DNA from: an uncultured bacterium
Lineage (GTDB): Bacteria > Acidobacteriota > Thermoanaerobaculia > Multivoradales > JAHZIX01
NCBI GenBank assembly: GCA_965368975.1
Contig: CBDUPA010000003.1
Location: forward strand, 64,001-128,000
Direction of reading: 5' to 3'
DNA: 64,000 nucleotides
Under the pieces are notes generated by a model. The model saw only the letters and a program-made list of their open reading frames with translations, was not told the DNA's origin and did not search any database. Position 1 is the stretch's first letter, and each line of letters begins with the position of its first letter. This document shows positions 39,290 through 48,542 of this stretch, piece after piece. Position numbers and translations under genes: made by a program.

Positions 39290-41647
39290 TCAGGCCAACA
39301 AGGCCGTGAGTTCCGCCTGGGCGGTGTCACGGTAGGCTTGCAGCGTTGTACGCAGTTTCCCGTGTTCCGGCGTCAGCCTGCCGCTGCCGGGGGCATCCTC
39401 GCTCTCTTCGATGTGCGCTAACGCCTCGAGAGCCAGATCGAGCAGTTCGACGCAGCGGTCCGGCGTCAAGGTCTCGAGCGCTTCCTCGGCGGCGCGTTGC
39501 AGGTAGGGAAGGGCTTTGTGCCAGCGTGCACCGCGGAACCAGTGGTACGCCAGCGCCTCGACCGGTGCGCTGCTACCCCGGTTGCCGGGAGTCGGGGAAC
39601 TGCTCAGCTCCAGTGCTTCGGCGACATCCCGGTGCATTACCTGGCGCCGCTCCTCGCTGACGTAGTCGTAAATCGCCTGGCGAAGTGTCGAGTTGAGGAA
39701 TTCGAACGTCTCGTGCGCCTGCGGCCGTGACTCGTCGGGCAGCTCGGTGAAATCGGCTTGGCGGTGCGGCAGGGCGAGCCGCTGCTCGCGCCAGGTTCCG
39801 ATGTTGGCTAGGACCACCTCGATCTGCTCGTCGGCGGCGCGGAGCAACAGCTGCGGGTCGAAGTGTTGACCAGCGATGGCAGCCAGGGTCAGCAAGCGGC
39901 GCGCCGATGTCGGCAGGTTGCGCAAGCGTCGCACCGCAATCTCGCGCAGCAAGGCGTCACGATCCTCGGGTAGCGTCGGCAACGGAGCCACCAGGTGCCA
40001 GCTCCAATCGCCCTTTTTGGCCAGTACGCCTTCCTCGAACAACAGCTGCGTCAGCTCGCCGAGCAGGTTTGGTCGTGCACCGCCGTAGCGCTCGAAGAAG
40101 GCCGCTAGTTCCTGCGGCTTCTTGGCTTTGCCCAGCAGCGAGCTGGCGAAGCTCTCGACGGTGGCGCTGTCGAACGGTTCGAGCTGCGTCCTGTACAGGC
40201 GCCGCTCGGTCTCGAGCCGGCGAGTCAGTCGCTCCTGGTGTGGGTCGTCGCCGGTGGGAGAGCGTGCCGCGAGGAGCCAGACCGGTGCGTCCTCGAGGTG
40301 GTGCACGAGCTGGTACAACACTTCCAAGCTGGTGGCATCGGCCAGGTGGAGGTCGTCGATGAACAGGACGAGTGGACCGCCGTTGTCCTCGACCCAGGCG
40401 CGCGCCAAAGCACGCAGGAAGTCGGCCATGTGCGCAGGGCAGCGCCGCCGCAGTTCCTCGCGAGTGAGGGTACTCGGCGGTGGCAAGTCGGGTCGTAGGT
40501 GCTGGATCTCGGGCAGCATTCGCGTCAGCTCGGTGAGTTGCTCGATGTCCAGGCTGCCGAGTGCGTTCTGCACCCGCATCGGTTGATCGAGCAGCGCTCG
40601 GTGCAGCAACTCAGCGGCCGGTCGGTAGCCGCTGACGTTGGCGAAGGGGGCCCAGCGGCTGCGCAGGACGAGGGGTAGCGGAGGTGACACGATCTCGCGC
40701 AGGATGCGGTCGACCAGTGCTGTCTTGCCGGTGCCGGAATCGCCTTCGAGCAGCACCAAGCAGCCGCTGCGCCGCTGTTGCCACCAGCGCATGAGCTGTC
40801 CGAGCTCTACTTGGCGACCGGAGAAGGGAAGCATGGGACGCTTCGGCGCCCAGCTCTCGATCTCCCAAGTGCGTGCTTCTTCGAGTGGCTTCTGCGCCAG
40901 GATCAGGCGGTAGAGCGAGACGGTGTCCTCGCTCGGCGCGACCCCCAATTCGGCGTCCAACAGCTGGCGGCAGAGGTCGAACTGCTGGATCGCCTCGCCG
41001 CGTTTGCCTGCCAACGAGTAGAGCCGGATCAGGCTGGCGTGCGCCGGCTCGGAAAGCGGCTCGATGTCGATCAGGCGGCGCGCGTAGCGAATGCCCGAGC
41101 TGTACTCGTGGTGCTCCAAGCAGTAGTCGACCAGCGTGCGCAGCGAGTCGCCTGCCGCTTCGCGGTACTTCTCCTGCTCGCCTGCCATCCAATTCTCGAA
41201 CTCGGGCGCGTCGCGCACGGCGAAGCCCTTGAGCAGATCGCCGCGAAAGAGTTCCACAGCTCCTGCGAGGTGGTGGATGCGGTCGGCACCGCGCGCCATT
41301 ATGCCTCGCGAGCGCGTGCGTTCGAAGGCCTCGAGGTCGAGCCAGTACTCGACTTCCGGCGTCATGCGGACGCTCTGCCGAGTCGTCGAAATCGGAGAGG
41401 CCGCGCCGACTTTCTGAAACGCCGCGCGCAGATTGTAGAGCGATTGACGCAGGCTGCGCCGGGCGCTGTCGCCATCGGCGTCTGCCCACAGCAGCCCCAT
41501 CAGGTCGTCGCGGCTGTGTCCGCGATCCCGCAGCACAGTCAGGTAGGCGAACAGGGCGCGTACCTTCTGGGACTCGAAACCTGTGACCGGCTCGCCGCCA
41601 TAACGGACATCGAAGCCGCCGAGCAGGCGGATCTCCAATCGGCTCAT
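39290..41647 (-). CDS. SARP/AfsR-like transcriptional regulator (wHTH + BTAD + AAA ATPase)
   Basis: IRLLGGF...KVRALFAYL, LW...SLRQSLYNLR, BTAD (EPLSEPAH...ELGVAPS), P-loop GDSGTGKT, Walker B LFIDDLH. Confidence 0.92.
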   Translation of the reverse strand: MSRLEIRLLGGFDVRYGGEPVTGFESQKVRALFAYLTVLRDRGHSRDDLMGLLWADADGDSARRSLRQSLYNLRAAFQKVGAASPISTTRQSVRMTPEVEYWLDLEAFERTRSRGIMARGADRIHHLAGAVELFRGDLLKGFAVRDAPEFENWMAGEQEKYREAAGDSLRTLVDYCLEHHEYSSGIRYARRLIDIEPLSEPAHASLIRLYSLAGKRGEAIQQFDLCRQLLDAELGVAPSEDTVSLYRLILAQKPLEEARTWEIESWAPKRPMLPFSGRQVELGQLMRWWQQRRSGCLVLLEGDSGTGKTALVDRILREIVSPPLPLVLRSRWAPFANVSGYRPAAELLHRALLDQPMRVQNALGSLDIEQLTELTRMLPEIQHLRPDLPPPSTLTREELRRRCPAHMADFLRALARAWVEDNGGPLVLFIDDLHLADATSLEVLYQLVHHLEDAPVWLLAARSPTGDDPHQERLTRRLETERRLYRTQLEPFDSATVESFASSLLGKAKKPQELAAFFERYGGARPNLLGELTQLLFEEGVLAKKGDWSWHLVAPLPTLPEDRDALLREIAVRRLRNLPTSARRLLTLAAIAGQHFDPQLLLRAADEQIEVVLANIGTWREQRLALPHRQADFTELPDESRPQAHETFEFLNSTLRQAIYDYVSEERRQVMHRDVAEALELSSSPTPGNRGSSAPVEALAYHWFRGARWHKALPYLQRAAEEALETLTPDRCVELLDLALEALAHIEESEDAPGSGRLTPEHGKLRTTLQAYRDTAQAELTALLA

Positions 41648-41758
41648 GCGAAATCTCCCTGGCGATATGTCGGCATCCCCGGGGGTTGGCGTCCAACGAG
41701 ATGCTGGGAGCATTCCATCACGAACGGCGGGGCGGTTCAATGAAAGTGTTTTCGGTCT

Positions 41759-41779
41759 CCTGATGCTCTCCTGACGAAG
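41759..41779 (+). promoter_or_regulatory. Direct-repeat box 1 (CCTGAT-N5-CCTGAC)
   Basis: cctgatgctctcctgacgaag; 19/21 identical to box 2; 11-bp period. Confidence 0.65.
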
Positions 41780-41950
41780 AATGTGGAAACTCAAGATCGA
41801 TGACAGCGAAAGGACTGCAATCGAGCCTTGCTAAGCAGGTCGAGAACCGCGGTCCGGCAGCATGCTCAGAAGGGTTTGTGTTCTGTTTTTGCAATGCGCA
41901 AGTGGCTATGAGTCCGGAGTTTCGGTCCCAACCTGGCCTCCGGGCGGCCG

Positions 41951-41983
41951 CCTGACGCTTTCCTGACGAAGGCTCTGCAGAAT
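41951..41983 (+). promoter_or_regulatory. Direct-repeat box 2 (CCTGAC-N5-CCTGAC) with downstream -10-like CAGAAT
   Basis: cctgacgctttcctgacgaag, then CAGAAT at 41978-41983. Confidence 0.65.
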
Positions 41984-42187
41984 CACACTCGCCGCCCTTG
42001 GATGGGCGTTCTTGACAGATAGAAAACCGACTAAAAGCAACAGTCGAATTCCACTGAGATGATTATCATTCACCGTTTCTTCGATGCCATCCGCGATCGC
42101 CGGCCCACGCGCCGGCTGAACGCAGTGCAGAGAGATTCCGTCCGGCGAGCCATCCCAGGTCGTCGGGATTTTGGGGGGAAGTCAGCC

Positions 42188-45100
42188 ATGAGCACAGTGC
42201 AGCACACTTACAACAAGCGCCGGACCGGGGAGTTACTGCTGATCGCGATCAGCCTGACGTTCTTGGGGTTCAGCGCGCCGGCCCAGGCGCAGGTCAATTG
42301 CCTGCCCTCCTGCGACGCCAACGACGGCCGTTTCCTGGCCATCGCTGGCTCCGGCCTCAACACGCTGAGCGACGCCGCCTTCGATATCTCGCTCGCCGTT
42401 CCGGCGGACGCCACCTCGTTCTCCATCGGCTTCTTCGATGGTGATTCGGGCAAAGTCGACGCTGTCACTGGCGCTCGCTACTGGGATACGGGAGTCCTGG
42501 CGACTTTCCGCTACGACATCTACGCTGATCCCGAAGCCGACGGTACGGGCTCTGTGCTGGTGTATAGCGAGCTGAGTGATGTGATGCCGGACAACGGCTG
42601 GCACGATCTGGTTCTGCCGACCGACCCGGCCGCGTTGACGCCAAGTGGTAACTTCTTCTACCGCCTGGAGATTACGCTCTTGGATCCGGCGCTGGTCACT
42701 TCCAACGCCTTCAAGGTTCGCACCAGTGGCGTTGCGACCATCGAGGTCTTCGAGCAGCCCTTCGGATTCATCGCCGCGCTCGCTAGCCTGCAAGATGCGC
42801 AGACCATCTTTCCCAGCTTCCCTTCGATGGTGCCGACGACCTACGATGGCTCGTTCAGCTTCTTCCTCGACGTGCCGGTCAGTCAGTCCGAGCTACTGAT
42901 GTGGGACGGTGATTTGGACTACGGCAGCTACGATGGCGTCACCGCTGATACCAACGATCCAAACACCCCCGATGCGCCGTACCTGCCGCCCTTCGCGGTG
43001 CCGGGCACGGCTTCCGAGGGTGTCGCTGTAGGGAGCGCCGGTAGCACCGGTCAGCCGGCGGACGATCGCAACCCGGCTGGGCTGGGAGGCTACCTGTTGC
43101 GTTCGCCGTCCATCGCATACAACGTGTTTGCTCCCGACGGGGCCATCTATAGCAACAGCAACCCCTCCGGCAACATCGAGTGGGAGAAGTTCCTGATCTC
43201 GACCGCGCCTTTCGATCCCACGGTGAGCGACGCACAGGCGGCGCAGTTGCCTGCTGGAATCTACGAAGTGCGCGCCGAAGGCGTGGACATGGCGAACCTC
43301 AATGCCTGGTTCTTCTCGCGTCCGGTCGTTTGCGTTGGCTCGGACGGAACGCCTTGTGATCCCCTGCGTCCCTACCTGATCGGGGATCGGGTTTGGCTGG
43401 ACGCCAATGGGGATGGCATCCAGGACGTTGGCGAACTCGGTATCGCGGGTGTCGAGCTCGAAATGCTCGACGCGGACGGTTTGCTCGTGCGGACGACCAC
43501 CACGGACGTCAGCGGCGAGTACAGCTTCGGTGTCCTCGGCAACCTCGTGTACACCGTGCGCGTCGCGGCCTCGAACTTCGGCCCCGGCGGTGCGCTGGAA
43601 GACCTCGAAGCGACCACCCTCGACGAGCTGAGCACCTCGGTGACTGACTCCAACGACATGGGGCTCGACTTCGGCTACACCGGCAACGGCTCGATCGGTG
43701 ATCTGGTGTGGTACGACGCCAACGGCGACGGCATCTTCAACGAGGACGCCGGTTCCGGCATCGGCGGCGTCCAGGTGACACTCACCTCGGCTGGTGAAGA
43801 TGGCCTGCTGGGAACCGCTGACGACGTCTTCGTAACTTCGACGACCACTGCCGACGACGGCAGCTACCTGTTCGACGGCCTGTCGCCAGCTAACTACCGT
43901 GTCGAGCTCGACGTCGCGACCCTGCCGACCGGGCAGGTCCTGACCACGAGCGGCTCGGTGGACGTGCTGCTGGCGAGCGGTGACGAGATCACCGACGCCG
44001 ACTTCGGCGCTCGCGTCGCGACCGGCCAGGGCGGCAGCATCGGTGACTTGGTGTGGCTGGACTTTGACGCTGACGGTCTCTTGGATGGTGGCGAGAGTGG
44101 CCTCAACGGTGTTGCCGTTGTACTGGCTCTCGACGTCGATGGTGACGGTGAGGCAGAGCTGACTGCGGCCACGATCACCAGTACGCTGAATGGCCAGGCC
44201 GGTTCGTACCTCTTCGGCGACCTACCCGCTGGCGTCGCGACGGTGACCGTCGACGGTGCCACGCTGCCGGCGGGCGCCATCCAGACGTACGACGCCGACG
44301 GAACCGCGAGCGCCAACAAGGCGACCGCCTCGGTGCCAGACAAGGCGAACGTTCTGACCTTCGACTTCGGCTACCGCGGAACCGCCAGTCTCAACGGTCT
44401 GGTGTGGTACGACGTGGACGCCAACGGCAGCATCGACGCCGGTGAGCCGGGCTTCGAGAACGTCACCGTCGACCTGCTCGACGACAACGGCGAAGTGGTT
44501 GCCTCGACCACGACGGATGGTACCGGAGCCTACAGCTTCGCCAACCTGCTGCCGGGCACCTACACGGTACGGATCGATACCACGACGCTGCCGGACAACG
44601 TCTCCCAGACGTTCGAGCAGGACGGTACCCTGACGGGCACGATCACCGTGTCTTTGGGTATCGGTCAGAGTGCCGGCAACTTGACCTTCGGCTACACCCG
44701 CATCTTCCCGCTGGGCAATAGCTGCATGGGCAGTGCCGAAACCGATGCGTATGGCGGCAGCGGCGGCCACTCTGTGTGGATGCCGGGCATCGCCACGGAC
44801 CTAGTGTTCGAGCCCTTCGCCGGCTCCCTGATCGAGCATGGAGACGGTACCGCGACGCTCAGCGGTGTGGCGCGCAGCGCCGATGACGCAGACAAGGCAT
44901 TCGAGGTCACGGTGACCCTCAGCGACTACCGCCAGACGGCGCCCGCGGGCAGCCCGAAGAAGGAGCTGAGTGCCTCGGCCTACGTCGAGAACGGTGGTCC
45001 GGTCGATCCCTCGACCTGGTACTACTACAACGCCTTCAGCGGTACCTTCGTCGGTGTCGGTGACTGGCAGGGTGCCGTGGTCGAGATCCAGCTGGTCGGT

Positions 45101-46114
45101 GCCGCCTTCCAGGTCGGTGTCGGTGCCAACGGCAAGAATGTCAACGATGGTGCCTCTGCCTGGTTCACCTGGCAGGTCACCCAGCAGCCGGAGCACGGAC
45201 CGTCGCTGAAGACCAGCGGTCAGGGCGACTTCAATCTCGACTTCGTCGGCTGCCTCGGCTTCTGCGAGCGCTCCACCGGCTACTGGCGCAACCACACGGA
45301 CGCCTGGCCCACGTACTCGCTGGAGATCGGCGGCGTCGTCTACGGCTTCGATGACCTCTATGAGTTCGTCACCTACGGCGGGCCCGATGCCACGATGAAG
45401 CTGGCGCGCCAGTTGGTGGGTGCCAAATTGAACCTGGTAGCCGGGGCCGACGCCTCGATCCTGTCAGTCGTCACCGAGGCCGACGTCTTCCTGGCGCAGT
45501 ACCCGCCGGGCAGCAACCCCAAGGGTTCGGCCAAGAACGAAGGCAACGCGATCAAGGATCAGCTGGATGCCTACAACACGGGGGCGACCTGCGAAGGGTT
45601 CTACGAACTCGATCCGGCCGACAATGGCGGCGATGGTGGCTCGGAGACTCCGGGCAGCACCCCCGTCGGTGGCGACCCCGTCGGTGGCGACCCCGTCGGT
45701 GGCGACCCCGTACAGATCGTCCTCGACACCGATGACGAGGGCGTTGAGCTGGTCGGTACCTGGCAGTCGAGCACTCACGTCTCCGGGTACCACGGTGCGC
45801 ACTACCGTCACGACCAGAAGAAGTACAAAGGACACAAGAGCGTCCGCTACACCCCGGACCTGCCGGAAGCCGGTGAGTATCAGGTGTACATGTGGTGGAC
45901 CTCCAACAGCAGCCGTGCCGACAACGTACCGGTCGACATCCACCATGCTGGTGGTACCGCTACGGTGACGGTGAACCAAGAATCGAACGGCGGCGAGTGG
46001 GTTCTGTTGGGTACCTACTCGTTCAACGCGGGCACTGCCGGTAGCGTCGTCATCCGGACGGATGGCACCAACGGCTATGTGGTCGCGGATGCCGTCAAAA
46101 TTTCCAAGCCCTAG
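42188..46114 (+). CDS. Large secreted protein with four SdrD B-like repeats and a C-terminal golvesin/xanthan-lyase CBM-like domain
   Basis: Signal peptide; repeats IGDRVWLDANGDG, IGDLVWYDANGDG, IGDLVWLDFDADG, LNGLVWYDVDANG ending DFGY-like; C-terminal YTPDLPEAGEYQVY...VVADAVK. Confidence 0.88.
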   Translation: MSTVQHTYNKRRTGELLLIAISLTFLGFSAPAQAQVNCLPSCDANDGRFLAIAGSGLNTLSDAAFDISLAVPADATSFSIGFFDGDSGKVDAVTGARYWDTGVLATFRYDIYADPEADGTGSVLVYSELSDVMPDNGWHDLVLPTDPAALTPSGNFFYRLEITLLDPALVTSNAFKVRTSGVATIEVFEQPFGFIAALASLQDAQTIFPSFPSMVPTTYDGSFSFFLDVPVSQSELLMWDGDLDYGSYDGVTADTNDPNTPDAPYLPPFAVPGTASEGVAVGSAGSTGQPADDRNPAGLGGYLLRSPSIAYNVFAPDGAIYSNSNPSGNIEWEKFLISTAPFDPTVSDAQAAQLPAGIYEVRAEGVDMANLNAWFFSRPVVCVGSDGTPCDPLRPYLIGDRVWLDANGDGIQDVGELGIAGVELEMLDADGLLVRTTTTDVSGEYSFGVLGNLVYTVRVAASNFGPGGALEDLEATTLDELSTSVTDSNDMGLDFGYTGNGSIGDLVWYDANGDGIFNEDAGSGIGGVQVTLTSAGEDGLLGTADDVFVTSTTTADDGSYLFDGLSPANYRVELDVATLPTGQVLTTSGSVDVLLASGDEITDADFGARVATGQGGSIGDLVWLDFDADGLLDGGESGLNGVAVVLALDVDGDGEAELTAATITSTLNGQAGSYLFGDLPAGVATVTVDGATLPAGAIQTYDADGTASANKATASVPDKANVLTFDFGYRGTASLNGLVWYDVDANGSIDAGEPGFENVTVDLLDDNGEVVASTTTDGTGAYSFANLLPGTYTVRIDTTTLPDNVSQTFEQDGTLTGTITVSLGIGQSAGNLTFGYTRIFPLGNSCMGSAETDAYGGSGGHSVWMPGIATDLVFEPFAGSLIEHGDGTATLSGVARSADDADKAFEVTVTLSDYRQTAPAGSPKKELSASAYVENGGPVDPSTWYYYNAFSGTFVGVGDWQGAVVEIQLVGAAFQVGVGANGKNVNDGASAWFTWQVTQQPEHGPSLKTSGQGDFNLDFVGCLGFCERSTGYWRNHTDAWPTYSLEIGGVVYGFDDLYEFVTYGGPDATMKLARQLVGAKLNLVAGADASILSVVTEADVFLAQYPPGSNPKGSAKNEGNAIKDQLDAYNTGATCEGFYELDPADNGGDGGSETPGSTPVGGDPVGGDPVGGDPVQIVLDTDDEGVELVGTWQSSTHVSGYHGAHYRHDQKKYKGHKSVRYTPDLPEAGEYQVYMWWTSNSSRADNVPVDIHHAGGTATVTVNQESNGGEWVLLGTYSFNAGTAGSVVIRTDGTNGYVVADAVKISKP
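45661..45711 (+). repeat. 15-bp tandem repeat x3 (PVGGD linker)
   Basis: ccccgtcggtggcga repeated three times. Confidence 0.9.
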
Positions 46115-46209
46115 AGCCTCCCTCCAGAGGGCGCGGGGATGTTCCCCGCACCCTCTCAGCTCTGGGATTGGGAACCGTGGCAAAACCCATGGGGCTAGCT
46201 ATCTTCGCC

Positions 46210-46246
46210 AGGTCGCTGTGGCAAGCAGCGGCCTCTTTTTTGTTTT
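46210..46246 (+). terminator. Rho-independent terminator after the SdrD-B gene
   Basis: aggtcgctg-tggcaag-cagcggcct followed by cttttttgtttt; another hairpin lies at about 46126-46156. Confidence 0.7.
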
Positions 46247-46278
46247 CAGATCTTTTTTTCTGCCAGAAACAAAGATCC

Positions 46279-46312
46279 CCTGACAAACCCCTGACTCTGT
46301 GGTTTGTACAGT
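46279..46312 (+). promoter_or_regulatory. Direct-repeat box 3 (CCTGAC-N5-CCTGAC) with -10-like TACAGT upstream of the lasso cyclase
   Basis: cctgacaaacccctgac at 46279-46295; TACAGT at 46307-46312; ATG at 46321 without an SD sequence (near-leaderless). Confidence 0.65.
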
Positions 46313-46320
46313 AGTCTTCT

Positions 46321-48228
46321 ATGGGACTCATCTGCTGCATCGCCCACTTCGACGAGCAGCCAGTCAGCGAGCAGATCCTCGCCGACCTACTGGCTGGCGC
46401 ACGGCATCGGACGCCCTACGGTGTCGAGACCCTGCCCGCAGCTGCGGCGTGCCTGGCGGTCGCGACCGTACCCGCGAGCCAGCAGAGCCTAGGAAACGGC
46501 ATCGCGCGCGCAGCGCTGGCTCGCTTCGCAGATGTTTCTCTGTGCGCCGATGTGCGCCTGGATGCGCGCGATGAACTGATCGATCGGATGGCGGGTGCTG
46601 GCCAGGAGATCGACGCTTGTCTCGCCCGTGGGCGAGACGCAGACTTGCTGCTGGCTGCCTGGTTGCGTTGGGGAGAAGACTGCGTCCACCACCTGCTCGG
46701 TGATTTCGCGTTCGTCGTTTGGGACGCTCGTGCCCGGCGACTGTTTGCAGCGCGAGATGTCGCCGGGGTCAAGCCGCTGTGTTTCGCGCTCCTGCCGTCC
46801 GGTGTCACTGTGGCCTCTGAAGCCCAACAACTACTGCGACATCCTGGGGTCCGGCGCGAATTCGACGAGTTGGCGATCGCACTGCATCTGGTCAACCGGG
46901 GCGGCGACGACGAGCGCACCTTCTTCCGCGCGATCCGGCAACTGGTGCCCGGCCACGCTCTCAGCGTCGCGGCTGGAGAACCGCCGCGGACCTGGCGCTA
47001 TTGGCATCCAGAAGACTTGCCGCTGCTGCGCTTCGAGCGCGAGGAAGAGTACGCTCTCCACTTTCGCCAGCAATTCGATCGCGCCGTGTCGGACCGTCTG
47101 CGGGGCGCGGAGGCCGGCGCGGCAGTCCTGATGAGTGGAGGTCTGGACTCGACTTCGGTGGCGGCAGTGGCCAGCCAGCAGTTGGGGGCCGCGCGACTGC
47201 GCGTCTTCAGCTACCGCTTCGACCGCTACCGCCAGTGCGACGAAGGCGAGTACATCGAGGCTATGGCCTCGACCTTTGGCCTCCGCGTCGAGAATCTGGC
47301 GGCAGAGAAGTTTCCGCTCTTCGGTGGTCGCGAGGGTGTTCGGTGTGATCGGGAGACGCCTTTTCGAGGCTGGGAGCCACCACTTCGCTACGTATTGGAG
47401 CAGTTACGAGCCTCGGGAACCCGCATCTTGCTGACGGGCCATGGGGGAGACAACGCACCGCGCGGCAGTGCCCATCTCTATGCCGATCTGCTGTGGCGGC
47501 GCCCGTGGCGTGCTCTTGGCGACATGTGGCGCCATGCTCGTGCTTTTGGGGTCTCTATCGGGCGCCTGCTGCGCGTCTGTGTACTCAGTCCGCTGCTACG
47601 ACGAATGCCGGGAGCCTACTGGTGGCGGCGCCTGAGCGATCGTTTGCCACACTTACCGCCATGGTTGCATCCGGAGCTGGCTCGGCGCACCGAGTTGCAG
47701 CGGCGCTTGTGCGAGTCGTCGCCAGGTCTGGCCGTCAGCGGTGGTTGTGCGCGTCGTCAGATCCTGGGGCTGGTCTTGCCCTGGGGACCGGTGGCCCGTG
47801 CCGTCAGTGCCTACGACCGGATGGCTTGCCGCTTCGGTGTCGAGCCCCGTCATCCCTTCCTCGACCGCCGCGTGGTCGAGGCAGCTGTGCGCTGTCCACC
47901 GGAGCAGCTGTTTCACCAGGGCTGGTTCAAGTCTCTGGTCCGCCGTGCCCTGCCGGAGTTGCCCGCAGCCGTTCGCCAGCGGCACTGGAAAACCAGCTTT
48001 CGCCCCTACCTGAACGCCGCGATGCGGGTCGAAACCTGGATGGGGGAGTTGCTCGACGGTCCGCTGCTCTCCGCGCAGCTCGGATTCATCGAGCCGCAGC
48101 CGTTGCGGTTGGCGATGAAAAGCTTTCTTCAAGGGGCGGTGACACCGATGGATCATCCATCCTTTGCGGTAACTCTCGAGTTGTGGTTGCAACAAATGGC
48201 ACCTGAAAGCGATCACAAATTCTGCTAA
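46321..48228 (+). CDS. Lasso peptide cyclase (asparagine-synthetase-like, C protein)
   Basis: GDFAFVVWD, ARDVAGVKPL, MSGGLDSTS, LTGHGGD, RHPFLDRRVVE; lacks the AsnB Cys2; adjacent to a lasso precursor. Confidence 0.85.
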   Translation: MGLICCIAHFDEQPVSEQILADLLAGARHRTPYGVETLPAAAACLAVATVPASQQSLGNGIARAALARFADVSLCADVRLDARDELIDRMAGAGQEIDACLARGRDADLLLAAWLRWGEDCVHHLLGDFAFVVWDARARRLFAARDVAGVKPLCFALLPSGVTVASEAQQLLRHPGVRREFDELAIALHLVNRGGDDERTFFRAIRQLVPGHALSVAAGEPPRTWRYWHPEDLPLLRFEREEEYALHFRQQFDRAVSDRLRGAEAGAAVLMSGGLDSTSVAAVASQQLGAARLRVFSYRFDRYRQCDEGEYIEAMASTFGLRVENLAAEKFPLFGGREGVRCDRETPFRGWEPPLRYVLEQLRASGTRILLTGHGGDNAPRGSAHLYADLLWRRPWRALGDMWRHARAFGVSIGRLLRVCVLSPLLRRMPGAYWWRRLSDRLPHLPPWLHPELARRTELQRRLCESSPGLAVSGGCARRQILGLVLPWGPVARAVSAYDRMACRFGVEPRHPFLDRRVVEAAVRCPPEQLFHQGWFKSLVRRALPELPAAVRQRHWKTSFRPYLNAAMRVETWMGELLDGPLLSAQLGFIEPQPLRLAMKSFLQGAVTPMDHPSFAVTLELWLQQMAPESDHKFC

Positions 48229-48336
48229 AGTGTAGCGGTTGCACCATTCAGCTCGAACCGACGACAAGTACTCACGGCCGACTGGTGGAACCATGGAACT
48301 TAACTTCACATCAGGGTTTTTCAGGGAGAGACGAGA

Positions 48337-48522
48337 ATGACTGAGACGAGCGAGGAGAAGCTGGACTTGACGCCGTCCAGGCGTCCCTACCGCTGTCCGC
48401 GATTGATCGAGTACGGCTCTTTGGAGCAGCGGACGCTGGGTTCCATTGCTGCTTTCGACGATGATTTCGTCACCGGGACCAGTGCTCAGATCATCGCGCC
48501 ACCACCGCCACCGGTCGATTGA
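48337..48522 (+). CDS. Lasso peptide precursor; predicted core GSIAAFDDDFVTGTSAQIIAPPPPPVD
   Basis: GGAG RBS; leader YRCPRL..YG..(T at -2); core starts with Gly and has Asp at positions 7, 8 and 9. Confidence 0.85.
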   Translation: MTETSEEKLDLTPSRRPYRCPRLIEYGSLEQRTLGSIAAFDDDFVTGTSAQIIAPPPPPVD

Positions 48523-48542
48523 CCTTCTGAGGCTCGCGGACG

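Noticed and set aside
42012-42040. TTGACA as a sigma70 -35 element for the SdrD-B gene
   Set aside because: No acceptable -10 at 16-18 bp spacing.
46160-46240. c-di-GMP-I riboswitch resemblance (GCAAAACC...GGGCTA)
   Set aside because: The first stem with its GAAA tetraloop and the GACGCAAA junction are absent; the region is explained as 3' UTR plus terminator.
46321-48228. Ordinary asparagine synthetase AsnB
   Set aside because: No Cys at position 2 and an adjacent precursor with a lasso leader motif favour a lasso cyclase.
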